A stretch of DNA of 64,000 nucleotides from an uncultured delta proteobacterium (lineage in GTDB: Bacteria; Desulfobacterota; Syntrophia; Syntrophales; UBA2185), in assembly GCA_963729715.1 (NCBI GenBank), contig CAVSPA010000007.1, forward strand, positions 352,001 to 416,000, given 5' to 3'. The notes below the pieces were generated by a model. The model had not been told where the DNA came from. It saw only the letters and a list, made by a program, of their open reading frames with translations, and searched no databases. Within the stretch, counting starts at the first letter, position 1, and each line of letters begins with the position of its first letter. A program made the position numbers and the translations under genes. Below are positions 31,181 to 40,624 of this stretch, in pieces.

Positions 31181-32397
31181 CACTTACCTTTGCCGGAGTT
31201 GTTGGTTCCTTGACCCTGCAACTCGACCTTGTTGCCCTCCCGCAACCTGTCCGCCCCTTCCACCACAACGAGCTCACCAGGCGACAACCCCTCATCGATG
31301 GAAACGTTATCGCCCTCAGCAGGGCCGACTTTGACCGCACGCACTGCCGCGGTCAGTTCCGGAGTCACCACGTAAACGAATGTCCCACGGGTGCTCTGCT
31401 GCAAGGTGGCAGTGGGCACCACTGTGGTTCCCTTCTTGACGCCGATAAGCAGGCGTGCGTTCACAAACTGGTTTGCGAAGAGCTCGTTCTCCTTATTGGG
31501 AAACAACGCCTTAAGCCGAACTGTGCCGGTAGTCGGATCGATCTGGTTGTCAACCGTCAGCAGGAATCCTTCGGCGATCTTCTTTGTCTGCTCACGGTTG
31601 AGTGCAATAACGGGCATGCGCTCACCGGACTTGAGCTTAGCGAGCACCTGGGGAAGGCTGTCTTCGGGAATCGTGAAAATGACGGTTATGGGTTGCAACT
31701 GTGTGATGACGGCAAGCCCGTTGGCATCGGTCGCGTGAACGATGTTGCCCGGATCAACGAGACGAAGCCCGATCCTGCCGCTGATGGGTGCGGTGATGCG
31801 CGAGTAAACTATCTGCAGCCTCGCATTGTCTATCTGGCCCTGGTCGACCTTGACGGTTCCCTCCAACTGCCGCACTAAAGACCTCTGTGTGTCATATTGC
31901 TGCTTGGCGATGGAATCCTCTGCTGCGAGATCATGGTAGCGCTGAAGGTCCAGCCGCGCATTTGCGAGAAGCGCCTGATCACGCGCCATCTGCCCCAAGG
32001 CTTGGGTAAGTTGTGCTTCAAACGGGCGCGGGTCGATTTCCACGAGGAGAGCGCCTTTATCCACGACCTCTCCCTCCTTGAACAAAACCCTCATCAGCTG
32101 TCCGTCGACACGGCTCTTCACAGTCACCGTATTGAGCGGCGTGACTGAGCCGAGGCCGGTGAGGTAAATATTGATGTCGCCCTTTGCCGCAATCGCCGTG
32201 ACAACCGGAACAGCGCGCGCCGGAGGCGCAATCGCTTGTTTAAGTGCGATAGACGGCATCCGACCCGAGTAGGCAAGGTACGCGTAAACCACGGCGGCGA
32301 GGAGACAGGCAAGCAGCAGCCAGAGCCCCCTGCGTCCGGAGAAGACATGGAGAATTTTTTTAAATGGGGCACTCTTTTCCGCTTCCGTATCAACCAT
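31180..32397 (-). CDS. mdtA: RND membrane fusion protein MdtA-like
   Basis: N-terminal [39 protein letters not shown]; start refined by RBS. Confidence 0.9.
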   Translation of the reverse strand: MVDTEAEKSAPFKKILHVFSGRRGLWLLLACLLAAVVYAYLAYSGRMPSIALKQAIAPPARAVPVVTAIAAKGDINIYLTGLGSVTPLNTVTVKSRVDGQLMRVLFKEGEVVDKGALLVEIDPRPFEAQLTQALGQMARDQALLANARLDLQRYHDLAAEDSIAKQQYDTQRSLVRQLEGTVKVDQGQIDNARLQIVYSRITAPISGRIGLRLVDPGNIVHATDANGLAVITQLQPITVIFTIPEDSLPQVLAKLKSGERMPVIALNREQTKKIAEGFLLTVDNQIDPTTGTVRLKALFPNKENELFANQFVNARLLIGVKKGTTVVPTATLQQSTRGTFVYVVTPELTAAVRAVKVGPAEGDNVSIDEGLSPGELVVVEGADRLREGNKVELQGQGTNNSGKGK

Positions 32398-32692
32398 CGC
32401 GTGATAACCTCTTGGAGTCTGTATTTTTCTATCAAGCCCTTGCAAGCGGACTGAAACAATCTAAAAGCGAGAATATGCCGTTTATCCGGCGGAAAGGGAA
32501 CTAAGACAAGGACGGCACTCTAAGCGCCCTCCTTGTCCCCAACCTATGCATTTTTGTTACAACAAACAAAAAAATCAGAGAGTTCCGCAAATAGTTAACA
32601 TCTTGAAGATATAATTATCAAGAAAAATTGTATGTTGTCTTGGCGATGATTATTGCCGTCGTTATCCGTCTGCATGCTACACCCGCTTTAAC

Positions 32693-32744
32693 GTAGTGCA
32701 GGACTTTAGTCTGCTTATACAGCAGACCTGAAGGTGCGTACTTC
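32693..32744. repeat. Degenerate GTAG-type REP doublet (REPIN-like)
   Basis: GTAGTGCAGGACTTTAGTCTGC-N7-GCAGACCTGAAGGTGCGTACTTC imperfect inverted pair. Confidence 0.5.
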
Positions 32745-33032
32745 TTTGTCCCATGATCGCTGGAGAATATTTGTCAATGCGATAGTAGCCGCCCTGCAAC
32801 GACAACTCCAAGGACATTAACTGTCCCTCTTATACGTTTATCTTCTTTTGAGCAAAGTACCGTCTGCTGAATTTAGCAAGAAATATACCGGGGGGGCGAT
32901 GAGCGGCAAATATGCCAAATAAAAACAATTTTCTGTAATTGGCGGCGGGTTGATCCGGCAAAAGTGGATAAAAAGTATGCGGCCTCGGTATCCAGTAGAT
33001 TAAAAAGTATCCAGGCGATTGTTTAACCAATA

Positions 33033-33110
33033 TCCTCCGGTAAAGCCGGAGGTTCTATGCTTACCGGCCCTCTCGAAGGGACCTGATCGCGAGCGACAAC
33101 CAAAAAACAT
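33033..33110. mobile_element. IS200/IS605-type end remnant
   Basis: Hairpin CCTCCGGTAAAGCCGGAGG followed by a second hairpin CCCTCTCGAAGGG; no transposase ORF. Confidence 0.4.
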
Positions 33111-33160
33111 CAGTGTCAAGGTTCTGGTAACACCTGTCATTCCCGCCTACGATGAGAAGA

Positions 33161-33209
33161 TTGAAGCTCTCCGCAGCAAGCCGCGGGGAATGCGCTCACT
33201 ACCGAATTC
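33161..33209. repeat. Dispersed palindromic miniature element, copy 4 (short)
   Basis: TTGAAGCTCTCCGCAGCAAGCCGCGGGGAATGCGCTCACTACCGAATTC; two mismatches to copy 2. Confidence 0.9.
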
Positions 33210-33376
33210 GGGGCAGGCCTGAACTGGAATCCAGACTCTGTCCGGTTGTTAAAAGCTAAATACCCGATAAAGGCATCCGGGTATGACAAAAGCGTCTTGG
33301 TCGATTAGTGCTTGCATTAACAAATGGTATAATTTAAATAATCCAACTACATCTCAAGACGCGTGAGGGAAATTCC

Positions 33377-34510
33377 ATGAAAACACGTTTCACGAGGATT
33401 CTGCTTGTCTCAGTTATCGCAATCACGTGCCTGAATTTTATGATGCCCGTTGCAATCCCCGCCGCGGACACGATCAAGCTGGGGGTCGCCGTCCCACTCA
33501 GCGGCGATATCGCTTCCTACGGTATCCCCAGCGCCAGGGCAGCGGAGCTGGTGGCAAAGGACATCAATGAAAAAGGAGGCATCCTTGGCAGGAAAGTAGA
33601 GGTCCTCGCCGAGGACGACGTCTGTAAACCAGAGGTCGCTACCAACGCCGCAACGAAACTTGTTTCCAAAGGCGTTAATGTAGTCCTTGGGCATATCTGC
33701 AGCGGCGCCACCAAGGCAGCCCTCGGCATTTACAAAGAAGGTCATGTAATAGTGATGTCGCCGTCGGCTACAAATACTGAGCTGACATTAAGCGGCAAAT
33801 ATCCCAACTTTTACCGGACAATCGGTTACGATAAGAACCAGGCGAAGCTGGCCGTAGATTTTACCGTCAAGAATCTCAATCTGAAGAAGATAGCGATCCT
33901 GCATGACAAAGGCGACTACGGCAAGGGATTCGCGGAAGAAGCAAAAAAGAATATTGAGGATTCGACAAAAGCCCATGTCGTCCTCTTTGAAGGAATCACC
34001 CAGGGTGCTGTTGACTACTCCGCAGTGGTGCAAAAAATCAAGCAATCGGGTGCGGAAGCCGTTATCTACGGTGGCTATCACCCGGAGGCCGCCTCGATAG
34101 TGACGCAGATGCGCAAGAAAGGTTTGAAGACGCTCCTTATCTCCGATGACGGCGTCAAGGATAACACCTTTATCAAGGTGGCCGGGAAATATGCCGAAGG
34201 GGTCTATGCGACGAGCCATAAGGACACTTCGAAAAATCCCCTCGCGATCGCCGCCGTAGAGGCGCATAGAAAAGCATACGGCTCCGAGCCCGGCGCCTTT
34301 TTCCTGAACGGCTACGCAGGCGCGCAGGCGCTTCTTTATGCTATCAAGAATGCCGGCTCTACAGATTACGAGAAGATAAGAAAAGCCCTCCGCACATATT
34401 ATGTGGACACACCTCTCGGAAAAATTAAATTTGATAATAAAGGAGATGCCATAGGCGTTGGCTTTTCCGTATACCAGGTCAGGAACGGGGCATATGTGGA
34501 AGTAAAATAG
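33377..34510 (+). CDS. livK: Branched-chain amino acid ABC transporter substrate-binding protein
   Basis: Signal peptide, PLSG..A..G, DD.C.P..A, GHICSG, HDK..YG.G, YGGYHPE. Confidence 0.88.
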   Translation: MKTRFTRILLVSVIAITCLNFMMPVAIPAADTIKLGVAVPLSGDIASYGIPSARAAELVAKDINEKGGILGRKVEVLAEDDVCKPEVATNAATKLVSKGVNVVLGHICSGATKAALGIYKEGHVIVMSPSATNTELTLSGKYPNFYRTIGYDKNQAKLAVDFTVKNLNLKKIAILHDKGDYGKGFAEEAKKNIEDSTKAHVVLFEGITQGAVDYSAVVQKIKQSGAEAVIYGGYHPEAASIVTQMRKKGLKTLLISDDGVKDNTFIKVAGKYAEGVYATSHKDTSKNPLAIAAVEAHRKAYGSEPGAFFLNGYAGAQALLYAIKNAGSTDYEKIRKALRTYYVDTPLGKIKFDNKGDAIGVGFSVYQVRNGAYVEVK

Positions 34511-34698
34511 ATTTTGTCTCTCCGCGGAGCCGCACGGTCATAAAGCATTTTACCGATATCGCACCAATAAGCCCCTCCCTAAATCCCTCCCGCCGGGAGA
34601 GCGAAGTGCAAGAAGCTTAAGCCCACAGTCTTGCCGAGGGCGGGAGAAATAAATTGAACTCTGAGATGCTTCGGCAGTGAAATAAAAGAGGGGAATGC

Positions 34699-35016
34699 AT
34701 GATAATAACAGCCGATAAAGGTACGAGAAAAACTTTTCTGGGCGTGGCTTTTGTGGTTCTGTCCCATGGGCCGGATACTATGATAACTAAAATGCTTTAC
34801 AAGAAGGAGGATAATGTCCCGTTTCATAAACATCCGAATGAACAAAGCGGATACGTGATATCAGGGAAATACAGAATCCGCTTTGGTGCTCACGATCAGA
34901 TTATAGCACCGGGAGATACATATTCGATTCCTAAGAACGTTGAACACAGGATAGAAATAATCGAACCCGGTCACGTTTTGGATTTCTTCTCTCCGCCAAG
35001 GGCAGATTATTTGTAA
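34699..35016 (+). CDS. Cupin domain protein
   Basis: PFHKHPNEQSGYVISG...PGDTYSIP.NVEH...DFFSPPR.DY. Confidence 0.88.
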   Translation: MIITADKGTRKTFLGVAFVVLSHGPDTMITKMLYKKEDNVPFHKHPNEQSGYVISGKYRIRFGAHDQIIAPGDTYSIPKNVEHRIEIIEPGHVLDFFSPPRADYL

Positions 35017-35072
35017 CTTCTGAAAGCCCGCTTAGTCGAGTCGGAAGACATTGTCATTCACGGCGTATTAAG

Positions 35073-35975
35073 ATGGATTATTTTCTTGAACTTCTTATCG
35101 GCGGGCTCACGCGCGGCAGCATCTATGCCCTCATTGCCCTCGGCTACACCATGGTCTACGGCATCATTGAGCTGATAAATTTTGCCCATGGTGAGATCTA
35201 TATGATCGGCGCCTTTACAGCCCTGATTGTTGCGAGCGTCCTCGCCATGTCGGGGATGAGCGGCATTTCCGTCCTGATCCTTGCCTCCGTTGTCGCTGTA
35301 ATCTACTCCGCTGCCTACGGCTTCACTGTAGAGAAAGTCGCCTACAAGCCTCTCCGCCAGGCGTCCCGTCTTTCGCCTCTGATGAGCGCCATCGGCATGT
35401 CCATCTTTCTTCAGAATTACGTCCTTCTCGCCCAGACCTCGGACTTCCTCCCCTTCCCTAATCTATTGCCCGATCTCCCCTTCATGGCGAATTACGTCGG
35501 CTTCATAGGCTCAACGGAATTTATCATTATTGTAACTACGGCAGTTGTCATGGTCCTCCTGACCATGCTCATCAAATTCACCAGAATGGGGAAAGCCATG
35601 CGGGCTACGGCACAGGACAGTAACATGGCCATGCTGGTGGGCGTTAACGTCAACCGCGTAATCTCCAACACATTCATTATCGGCTCGGCATTGGCCGCTG
35701 TAGGAGGGGTATTGATTGCGTCTCATGTCGGACGGATCAACTTCTACATCGGATTTCTTGCGGGGATTAAGGCCTTTACCGCCGCGGTTCTTGGAGGGAT
35801 AGGCAGCATCCCCGGCGCGGTTCTGGGCGCCTTGGTATTGGGTTGCACAGAAAGTTTCGCCACGGGTTATGTATCGAGCGATTACGAAGACGTGTTTGCT
35901 TTTGTCCTTCTTATCCTTATTTTGATAATCAAGCCCTCAGGGCTCTTAGGCCATAAACCAACGCAAAAGGTATGA
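35073..35975 (+). CDS. livH: Branched-chain amino acid ABC transporter permease
   Basis: GSIYALIALGYTMVYGII.LINFAHG, GKAMRA, KAFTAAVLGGIG. Confidence 0.93.
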   Translation: MDYFLELLIGGLTRGSIYALIALGYTMVYGIIELINFAHGEIYMIGAFTALIVASVLAMSGMSGISVLILASVVAVIYSAAYGFTVEKVAYKPLRQASRLSPLMSAIGMSIFLQNYVLLAQTSDFLPFPNLLPDLPFMANYVGFIGSTEFIIIVTTAVVMVLLTMLIKFTRMGKAMRATAQDSNMAMLVGVNVNRVISNTFIIGSALAAVGGVLIASHVGRINFYIGFLAGIKAFTAAVLGGIGSIPGAVLGALVLGCTESFATGYVSSDYEDVFAFVLLILILIIKPSGLLGHKPTQKV

Positions 35976-37195
35976 GCACATTGAATAACAAAAAATACAT
36001 GGAAGGCATGAAACAATCCGTCGTCGTTTCGTTGTGGTTCATGTTTCTCACCTTCCCCATCATGGTAATACGGGTCAATACCATTGAGAACATCATCGAA
36101 TGGCGCTGGACGAACATGATGTATGTCGGCGGCGGCAGTTTTATCCTTTCCTTTGTCTGGCGCTATCTGTCAGGAAAGGGCATATCCGGAAGGAAGGAGA
36201 GCATCGATGCACAGGGAGGACGCAAGTCTTACCTGCAGCGGCTCGTGAGCGAGAAGAGGCTGTCTCTTCCTGCGCTTGGCATTGTAGCGGTTATCGCTCT
36301 CTTCTTCCCCTTTGTCTCATCCATTTACCAGACTAATATAATGACCACCGCCCTCATGTATGTCGTCCTGGGCCTCGGCCTCAATATCGTTGTGGGTCAG
36401 GCGGGACTTTTGAATTTGGGCTATGTGGCCTTCTATGCGGCAGGCGCTTACACGTATGCGCTTCTCTATCACCATTTCGGAGTCGGTTTCTGGCTTGCCT
36501 TGCCCCTGGGCGCCCTTGCCGCTACTATTCTGGGCGTCCTCCTCGCTTTGCCCGTGCTGCGGCTTCAGGGCGATTATCTGGCTATCGTAACCTTAGGCTT
36601 CGGTGAAATCACCAGATTGGTCCTGGAAAACTGGAACGAGTTTTCCTATGGCCCCAGCGGCATCTCCGGGATACCGCGGCCCGGTCTCTTCGGCATGGAG
36701 ATGGACATGCACGAGGCTACAGTATATCTCTATTTTCTCATGATACTCCTTTGCATCATCACAATCTTTGTCGTAAACCGGCTGCAGGATTCGCGGATAG
36801 GAAGGGCGCTCCTCGCCCTTCGGGAGGACGAAATCGCTTGCCAGGCCATGGGTATCAATAAGACCATGGTCAAGCTGACTACCTTTGCCTTGGGTTCTAC
36901 ATGGGCTGGCCTTGTCGGTGTCATCTTTGCGGCCAAGACCACCTTCGTCAACCCGGCAAGCTTCACCTTTCTCGAATCGGCCATGATCCTCTCCATCGTC
37001 GTTCTGGGCGGAACGGGTTCTATCATCGGCATTATTATCGGCGCCCTCCTTCTCATATTGCTCCCGGAATACCTCCGTGCCTTCAGCGATTACCGGATGC
37101 TGCTCTTCGGAATCATCATGGTGATCATGATGATCTTCCGTCCTCAGGGGATTGTAACGGGCGTCCGCAAGACCTACGAATTTCACACGGAGTAA
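35972..37195 (+). CDS. livM: Branched-chain amino acid ABC transporter permease
   Basis: GLNIVVG.AGLL.LG, LRL.GDYLAIVTLGFGEI, SRIGRA..ALREDE. Confidence 0.93.
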   Translation: MSTLNNKKYMEGMKQSVVVSLWFMFLTFPIMVIRVNTIENIIEWRWTNMMYVGGGSFILSFVWRYLSGKGISGRKESIDAQGGRKSYLQRLVSEKRLSLPALGIVAVIALFFPFVSSIYQTNIMTTALMYVVLGLGLNIVVGQAGLLNLGYVAFYAAGAYTYALLYHHFGVGFWLALPLGALAATILGVLLALPVLRLQGDYLAIVTLGFGEITRLVLENWNEFSYGPSGISGIPRPGLFGMEMDMHEATVYLYFLMILLCIITIFVVNRLQDSRIGRALLALREDEIACQAMGINKTMVKLTTFALGSTWAGLVGVIFAAKTTFVNPASFTFLESAMILSIVVLGGTGSIIGIIIGALLLILLPEYLRAFSDYRMLLFGIIMVIMMIFRPQGIVTGVRKTYEFHTE

Positions 37196-37258
37196 AAATA
37201 AAAAGTGCATTTAATTTTTATCGTCAGTCCCGTGCATGCGGTAAGCAAGAAATAAATT

Positions 37259-38047
37259 ATGAACCCTATTCTTGAAGCAAAAAAGCTCAGCATGAATTTC
37301 GGCGGCCTGAGGGCACTGCACCACGTTGACATCAACGTCCTGCCCGGACAGATTACCGCCCTTATCGGACCCAACGGTGCGGGCAAGACGACTTTCTTCA
37401 ATTGCATTACCGGCATTTACTCTCCCACGACGGGCGATATCTTCATTACCTCTCCGGGAGGCAGGCGGAAGAGGATCACCGGTTTCAATATTCACAGGGT
37501 GACGGAGAGCGGCGTTGCGAGGACGTTTCAAAATATACGGATATTTCCTGATATGACGGTTCTCGAAAATGTCATGATCGGCCGTCACTGCCGTACGGAT
37601 GCCGGTGTCCTCGGCGCCATCCTAAGGGACAAGGGCACGATGGCGGAGGAAAAAGCCATTGTTGCGAGAAGCTATGAAATCTTGAAAAAGATCGGCCTCA
37701 CGGAGCACGTGAATCTACTCGCGAGAAACCTCCCTTACGGCGCCCAACGCCGCCTGGAGATCGCAAGGGCTTTAGCAACCGATCCTTTTCTGCTCCTCCT
37801 CGACGAGCCCGCGGCCGGCATGAATCCCCAGGAAACAAGAGATTTGGAAACGCTGATTATCAGCATCCGCGACGAATGGGAGATTTCCGTTTTTCTCATT
37901 GAGCACGATATGAGACTGGTCATGGGACTTTCGGACTCCGTCTACGTCATGGACTATGGTGAGATGCTCGCCAGCGGGACGCCGCAGGAAATCAGACAGA
38001 ATCCGGAAGTGATAAAGGCATATTTGGGGGAAGACGTCAGTGCTTAG
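37259..38047 (+). CDS. livG: Branched-chain amino acid ABC transporter ATPase
   Basis: GPNGAGKTT, ARTFQN, LPYGAQRRLEIARA, DEPAAG. Confidence 0.93.
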   Translation: MNPILEAKKLSMNFGGLRALHHVDINVLPGQITALIGPNGAGKTTFFNCITGIYSPTTGDIFITSPGGRRKRITGFNIHRVTESGVARTFQNIRIFPDMTVLENVMIGRHCRTDAGVLGAILRDKGTMAEEKAIVARSYEILKKIGLTEHVNLLARNLPYGAQRRLEIARALATDPFLLLLDEPAAGMNPQETRDLETLIISIRDEWEISVFLIEHDMRLVMGLSDSVYVMDYGEMLASGTPQEIRQNPEVIKAYLGEDVSA

Positions 38048-38747
38048 ACTCCACAACATCCAGACTTTTTACGGCAACGTCCAGGTATTGAAAGACCTCT
38101 CCATAGAAGTCTCCGAGGGAGAGATCATCACCCTGATAGGCACGAACGGCGCCGGCAAGTCCACCACCCTCATGTCCATCTCCGGCATAGTGCCTCCGAG
38201 AACAGGTGAGATTCTGTTTGACGACAAACCTATCCACACTTTGAGTCCGGATGATATCGTCGCAAAGGGAATTTCTCTCGTGCCGGAAGGCCGCCGCATA
38301 TTCCCCCGCCTCACGGTCATGGAAAATCTGGACATGGGGGCCTTTCTCAGGAGAGATAAGAGAGAAATAGAAAAAGACATCAATCATATCTTCGAACGGT
38401 TTCCCATACTTGCGGAAAGACGCCATCAACAAGGCGGCACGCTGAGCGGCGGAGAACAGCAGATGCTGGCCATCTCGCGGGCGCTCATGGCAAGGCCGCG
38501 CCTGCTCCTTCTCGACGAGCCTTCCTTGGGTCTTGGTCCTATTTTCGTCAAACTGATTTTTGACATCATCAGAAAAATCAACACCGAAAGCAGAACAACA
38601 ATTTTCCTGGTGGAGCAGAACGCACACATGGCGCTAAAGGTCGCCCACCGCGGCTACGTCATGGAAAACGGCCGCATCACCCTCGAAGGCTCTGCCGACG
38701 CCCTTCTCCACAACGAGGACGTTAAGAGGGCGTATTTGGGAATTTGA
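38040..38747 (+). CDS. livF: Branched-chain amino acid ABC transporter ATPase
   Basis: G.NGAGKST, VPEGRRIF, LSGGEQQMLAI, VEQNA. Confidence 0.93.
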   Translation: MLRLHNIQTFYGNVQVLKDLSIEVSEGEIITLIGTNGAGKSTTLMSISGIVPPRTGEILFDDKPIHTLSPDDIVAKGISLVPEGRRIFPRLTVMENLDMGAFLRRDKREIEKDINHIFERFPILAERRHQQGGTLSGGEQQMLAISRALMARPRLLLLDEPSLGLGPIFVKLIFDIIRKINTESRTTIFLVEQNAHMALKVAHRGYVMENGRITLEGSADALLHNEDVKRAYLGI

Positions 38748-38782
38748 TGCGAGGGAAGCGCGAAAACGCTTTTAGAAAAATC

Positions 38783-38811
38783 TTGACTTGACGCCCCCGC
38801 GCATATATAAG
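38783..38811 (+). promoter_or_regulatory. sigma70-type promoter for riboswitch 2 and the peptide-rSAM operon
   Basis: TTGACT-N17-TATAAG directly before the aptamer. Confidence 0.55.
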
Positions 38812-38814
38812 CAC

Positions 38815-38976
38815 ACATCGGTTTTAGCATACCGGAACACGGTGCAAATCCGTGGCGGACCCGCCGCTGTAATCGGCGAGGCTCTTCACAATAGCTGGTC
38901 ACTGCCGGGGTTCACCCCGTTGGGAAGACGGTGAAGAGCCCTTGACCCGAAAGCCAGAAGACCTGCGCAAACCGAG
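38815..38976 (+). promoter_or_regulatory. Cobalamin riboswitch 2
   Basis: CCGGAACACGGTGCAAATCCGTGGCGGACCCGCCGCTGTAA...GTCACTG...GGGAAGAC...AAGCCAGAAGACCTGC. Confidence 0.93.
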
Positions 38977-38995
38977 ATAACCGGAATCCGATGGT

Positions 38996-39040
38996 AAAGG
39001 GTTCCGACTGACGCCAGTCGTCCGTCGGAACCCTTTTTTT
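38996..39040 (+). terminator. Intrinsic terminator of riboswitch 2
   Basis: AAAGGGTTCCGAC...GTCGGAACCCTTTTTTT. Confidence 0.85.
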
Positions 39041-39073
39041 ATTGTCCAAAAATTACAGGAAAGGAGAATGTAC

Positions 39074-39181
39074 ATGAAGAAAAAGAAAGCAAAAAAAGAT
39101 GTTATCGCGTATCGGAAGGGCTGCAAAGCCAAAGGAACCGGGCTTTCCCACTACATTCTGATGGACAGGAAAGCGAAATAA
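39074..39181 (+). CDS. cbpA: 35-aa RiPP-type precursor peptide (CbpA-like), missing from ORF track
   Basis: AAGGAG RBS; MKKKKAKKDVIAYRKGCKAKGTGLSHYILMDRKAK; its TAA overlaps the ATG of the radical SAM gene (TAATG). Confidence 0.85.
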   Translation: MKKKKAKKDVIAYRKGCKAKGTGLSHYILMDRKAK

Positions 39182-40602
39182 TGGCGGTCACGAAAAAGAA
39201 GGTAATCAAGGACGCGGCGGCCCCCTCGCGGGGCCGCTTCGTCAACACGGGTAACGGTCCCACATTTCAACCAATCGATATCGGCCACCGGCAATATTTG
39301 GCCGTCATCGAACCGGATACGGCTTTCTGGTCCCTCATGAAGCGCGAAAAAATCGCCGACGTCTTTTCCGCAGGCGAGCTCACAAGAGCCTTTGCCGGAA
39401 AATCCCGGCAGTTCGCGCGGGAGATAGATAAACTGCGGTTCGGGCTCACGCCCTCTGCGGTCTACTTCAATCCTACCGAACGGTGCAACATGAACTGCAC
39501 CTACTGTTACATACCTGAGAAGATGAGAAAGAAGGGCAAACACATGCCCGAAAAGAAACTTCTTGAGGCGCTGGAGCTCCTGAAACGGCACTTCGGCAAG
39601 ACCCTGTCTAAGGGTTCCATGCCTCAGATCATCTTCCACGGGGCGGAGCCCCTGCTCAATCGTGATGCTGTCTTCGCCGGCATCGAGAAATACGGGAAGG
39701 ATTTTCTCTTCGGCATCCAGACCAATGCAACACTCCTCGACGATGAGGCCGCCAAGTTCCTTACTAGCCGCAAGGTGAGCATCGGACTTTCGCTCGACGC
39801 TCCCACCGCACAGATTGCCGATCGCACCCGGAAGAACTGGGAAGGCCAGGGAACTTTCAAGCACGTGCTTGCAGCCATGAAGCGGCTTGGTGGCTACGAA
39901 GGCTGGAGCGTTATCTGCACCGTCACCGCCGCAAACAAGCGGCATCTTACCAGGCTGGTGGATTTTTTTCACGAGCGAGAGGTGCCCACATGCCTGATGA
40001 ACATCCTTCGTTGCACACTTCCGCCCTCACGCAGCCTGAAGCCGGACGATGCAGCAGCGGCCAGGCATTTCCTCGCCGCTTTAGACCGCACCTACGAACT
40101 CTATAGAAAGACCGGCCGCAGACTGACGGTGGGAAATTTTGCCAATATCATCCTTGCCATCATCGCGCCCGCGGCGCGCAGGCTCATGTGCGACATCTCT
40201 CCCTGCGGCGGCGGCAGATGTTTTTTTGCATTGGCACCCAACGGCGATATGTTTCCGTGTAGTGAATTCATCGGTCTCGACCGCTTCCGCGCGGGAAACC
40301 TTTTTGAAGATGATATTTCGCGGCTGATGGACTCCGAACAGTTCCGTCTGGTGACAGGCCGCAAGGTTGAGGACATCGAGCCATGCCGGCGCTGCGCCAT
40401 CCGGCACTTCTGCGGATCTCCATGCCCGGCCGAGGCCTACGAGATGAACGGCGGCATGGACAAGACTGGCGCCTTCTGTGAGTTCTACGAAGAGCAGGTG
40501 CGCTACGCTTTCCGCGTTATCGCCGATGGAAAGGTGGACGCCTACCTCTGGGACAACTGGGACAAGGGGATGAAAGAAACCTTCAATATAGGAAGCTCTT
40601 GA
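39181..40602 (+). CDS. cbpB: Peptide-modifying radical SAM/SPASM enzyme (CbpB-like)
   Basis: CNMNCTYC, FHGAEPLL, QTNA, SLD; SPASM cysteines CDISPCGGGRC...GDMFPC...CRRCAIRHFCGSPC...FC. Confidence 0.85.
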   Translation: MAVTKKKVIKDAAAPSRGRFVNTGNGPTFQPIDIGHRQYLAVIEPDTAFWSLMKREKIADVFSAGELTRAFAGKSRQFAREIDKLRFGLTPSAVYFNPTERCNMNCTYCYIPEKMRKKGKHMPEKKLLEALELLKRHFGKTLSKGSMPQIIFHGAEPLLNRDAVFAGIEKYGKDFLFGIQTNATLLDDEAAKFLTSRKVSIGLSLDAPTAQIADRTRKNWEGQGTFKHVLAAMKRLGGYEGWSVICTVTAANKRHLTRLVDFFHEREVPTCLMNILRCTLPPSRSLKPDDAAAARHFLAALDRTYELYRKTGRRLTVGNFANIILAIIAPAARRLMCDISPCGGGRCFFALAPNGDMFPCSEFIGLDRFRAGNLFEDDISRLMDSEQFRLVTGRKVEDIEPCRRCAIRHFCGSPCPAEAYEMNGGMDKTGAFCEFYEEQVRYAFRVIADGKVDAYLWDNWDKGMKETFNIGSS

Positions 40603-40624
40603 GGATTTGTAGTCAGAGAAACGT

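Noticed and set aside
33019..33222. 67-aa ORF containing IEALRSKPRGMRSL
   Set aside because: It is a translation of the palindromic repeats, not a gene.
39151..39972. 273-aa minus-strand ORF opposite the radical SAM gene
   Set aside because: Antisense shadow of a well-supported gene, with no recognisable motifs.
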